Positions 62,062 through 64,000 of a stretch of DNA of 64,000 nt are shown in pieces. The stretch lies in contig CAVVXH010000010.1 in the NCBI GenBank assembly GCA_963752155.1, positions 480,001-544,000 on the forward strand. Direction: 5' to 3'. The DNA is from an uncultured Parachlamydiaceae bacterium. GTDB lineage: Bacteria; Chlamydiota; Chlamydiia; Chlamydiales; Parachlamydiaceae. The translations under genes were made by a program, and so were the position numbers. The notes under the pieces are model-generated. The model searched no databases. It was not told the origin of the DNA and saw nothing but the letters and a program-made list of their open reading frames with translations. How positions within the stretch are numbered: position 1 is the first letter of the stretch; every line of letters begins with the position of its first letter.

Positions 62062-62483
62062 TTCGATCTCTCCATATATTATTATAGCATCATATGATAC
62101 CAATGCGCAATAGAATAGTCAATGAGACCGAAAATTTATGCTTGAACCACTAAATTTACCAATGGTAAAGCCAAAAAAATCTATTATGTCTTGGTTTAAA
62201 AAACCCTTTTCCTAATCTCTGTGGATGATTTTGATAATTTCCTTGCCTTAGAAAGGTTCATCGGCCAAAATCGTCATTCAATAACTATAAGGTTTATATG
62301 ATCAGAATATTCATTTTTTTTATAGGTCTTTTGATGTCAAATCTCTCTATCATGTCCGCTGAAGATGTAGCCCAAAAAACTTTCGATGGATCACAAGCAG
62401 GAAAAAGATTCCATGGACAAGTAACGAAAGAAATGATGAATTTTTAAAGAGAATTTTTATAACGATTCAAAAGGAGTAACAGC

Positions 62484-62759
62484 ATGTCTTCCAAACAATC
62501 CTTAGTAGAAAACTTCTTCGGTGATCTCGGTCTTATTGACCCCGAGATGCAACAAATTGCCCTCGCCTTACGTCAGGAAATACTCAAGTTGGCAAAGACT
62601 GCGGAGGAAAGGATGATGTACGGCGGTGTCCTATACTACCTTGAGGATTCGTTTTGCGGCATCTTTTCCTATAAAGCCCACGTGAGCCTGGAGTTTAGCG
62701 AAGGCCATAAGTTGCAGGATCCAGAACGGAGCCTAGAGGGTTTGAAACTGCTTGCATAA
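62484..62759 (+). pseudogene. DUF1801 (YdhG-like) protein truncated by IS607 at about 62740
   Basis: EERMMYGG..FCGIFSYKAHVSLEFSEG..LQDP..LEG, then IS-derived LKLLA*. Confidence 0.7.
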
Positions 62760-62789
62760 ATCTATACATATCTGATACTATCTAATCAA

Positions 62790-63404
62790 ATGACTAGATT
62801 TATCAAGGTCGGCGAAGCCGCAAAAGTTTTAGGGGTCAGCATTCAAACTCTTCGACGTTGGGAAAAGACAGGCTATCTAATGCCCGATCGTAAATCGGAG
62901 GGAAAAACACGATATTATGATCTAGATAAATTATTAGGCAAGAAAGTTTTTGATAACGGTTTAACAGTTGCTTACGCAAGGGTTTCAAGTCATGATCAAA
63001 AAAAAGACCTCGAGAGACAAGCGGATGTTCTGACTTCTTATTGTGTAAAACAAGGATGGGATTTCCAAGTTATTCAAGATTTAGGTTCAGGAATGAATTA
63101 CCAAAAAAAGGGTCTTAAGGCCCTCATCAACTTGATTCTTGAGCAAAAAATCTCCCGTCTAGTATTAACGCATAAGGATCGTTTATTACGTTTTGGTGCA
63201 GAATTGATTTTTGCACTTTGCGAGGTAAAGCAAATTGAAGTTGTTATTATTAACAAAGGCGACGAAGCTTCTTTTGAAGAAGAGCTTGCACAAGATGTGC
63301 TAGAAATCATTACTGTTTTTTCTGCTCGTTTGTACTGTAGTCGCAGTAGAAAAAATAAAAAACTTGTAGATGCTGCAAAGGTGTTGATTGGCGATGACAA
63401 ATGA
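62790..63404 (+). CDS. tnpA: IS607 TnpA serine recombinase with an N-terminal MerR-like HTH
   Basis: GEAAKVLGVSIQTLRRWEKTG, AYARVSS.DQKKDLERQ, DLGSGMN, HKDRLLRFG, VFSARLY. Confidence 0.93.
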   Translation: MTRFIKVGEAAKVLGVSIQTLRRWEKTGYLMPDRKSEGKTRYYDLDKLLGKKVFDNGLTVAYARVSSHDQKKDLERQADVLTSYCVKQGWDFQVIQDLGSGMNYQKKGLKALINLILEQKISRLVLTHKDRLLRFGAELIFALCEVKQIEVVIINKGDEASFEEELAQDVLEIITVFSARLYCSRSRKNKKLVDAAKVLIGDDK

Positions 63405-63405
63405 A

Positions 63406-64000
63406 ATGACTTTAACCTATCAAACTCGTCTACAGCTGAATGAAAACCAAGAAGAAGTTCTTCAAAGTTGCGCTTATTTGCTGAGTAAAGTGGAGCGTTC
63501 TTTATATGCAAAAGTAGCTAATGGAGAGAGCTCCTCAGCATCATGTAAAAATAGTTTTCTAAAAATTTATGGCATTACAGCGAGGCAATTTAATGCTTGT
63601 CGAGTCAGCCTTGAGGGAAAAATATCTGCCTGCAAAAGCGGGCAAGAACAAGCAATTGCAAGTCTAAAACAACAAATCGCTACTCTTGAGAAAAACATTA
63701 AATGCTTAGAAAAAAAAACTTCAAAACAATTTGTTCTCCATCAAAAAAAACGACGCAAAGAGAACTTGTCTCATCGTCTTTCTTGTTTAGAAGAAGATCG
63801 GAAGCAAGGTCGTGTTCGTCTTTGTTTTGGAAGTAAAAAACTATTTCTCGCTCAATTTTATCTCGAAAAAAATGGTTTTGCCTCACATCAAGAATGGAAA
63901 GAGCAATGGGAAGCCAAACGCAACAGTGAATTTTTTGTTTTAGGATCAAAGGACGAAACGGCAGGCAATCAAACATGTACTGCCAGTATTAGAAATGGGA
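63406..64000 (+). CDS. tnpB: TnpB-related IS accessory protein, 3'-partial (absent from the ORF track)
   Basis: Open frame MTLTYQTRL..YGITARQFN..LCFGSKKLF..W..W..KRNSEFFVLGSKDETAGNQ to the window end. Confidence 0.8.
   Translation, partial: MTLTYQTRLQLNENQEEVLQSCAYLLSKVERSLYAKVANGESSSASCKNSFLKIYGITARQFNACRVSLEGKISACKSGQEQAIASLKQQIATLEKNIKCLEKKTSKQFVLHQKKRRKENLSHRLSCLEEDRKQGRVRLCFGSKKLFLAQFYLEKNGFASHQEWKEQWEAKRNSEFFVLGSKDETAGNQTCTASIRNG

Larger units (their letters stand above)
62740..64000 (+). mobile_element. IS607-family insertion sequence (right end beyond the window)
   Basis: GG junction, short ATCT-containing repeats at the left end, tnpA followed by tnpB. Confidence 0.85.

Overview
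This is a 64-kb chromosomal segment from an environmental member of the phylum Chlamydiae. The evidence is an S10-spc-alpha ribosomal operon that starts at rplC and is followed by gap and grgA, plus F-box effectors. Core genes include xerD, brnQ, rsmH-ftsL-(amino-acid ABC transporter)-ftsI, rplC..rplQ with secY and rpoA, gap, grgA, sucA-sucB-lpdA, rsmA and tRNA-Leu(CAA). The ribosomal operon (about 16.5-25.7 kb) is full of single-base indels, which are most likely consensus errors. The main accessory observations are: (i) three copies of a fold-back element built from inverted arrays of a 9-bp unit CAAGGACRR around unrelated spacers; (ii) a 5.9-kb locus bounded by three nested inverted-repeat pairs (A-B-C..C'-B'-A') that split or duplicate gene ends and could be an invertible cassette or a decayed fold-back duplication; (iii) putative host-directed effectors, including an F-box protein with an apparently circularly permuted macro domain; (iv) a palindromic MITE-like insertion in a fragmented large ORF; and (v) an island-like region after tRNA-Leu with an HTH-PhzF fusion operon, an orphan MqsA-Panacea antitoxin behind a 23-aa toxin stub, and an IS607 element (TnpA + TnpB) that interrupts a DUF1801 gene. 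All calls come from reading the sequence by eye; no searches were run.
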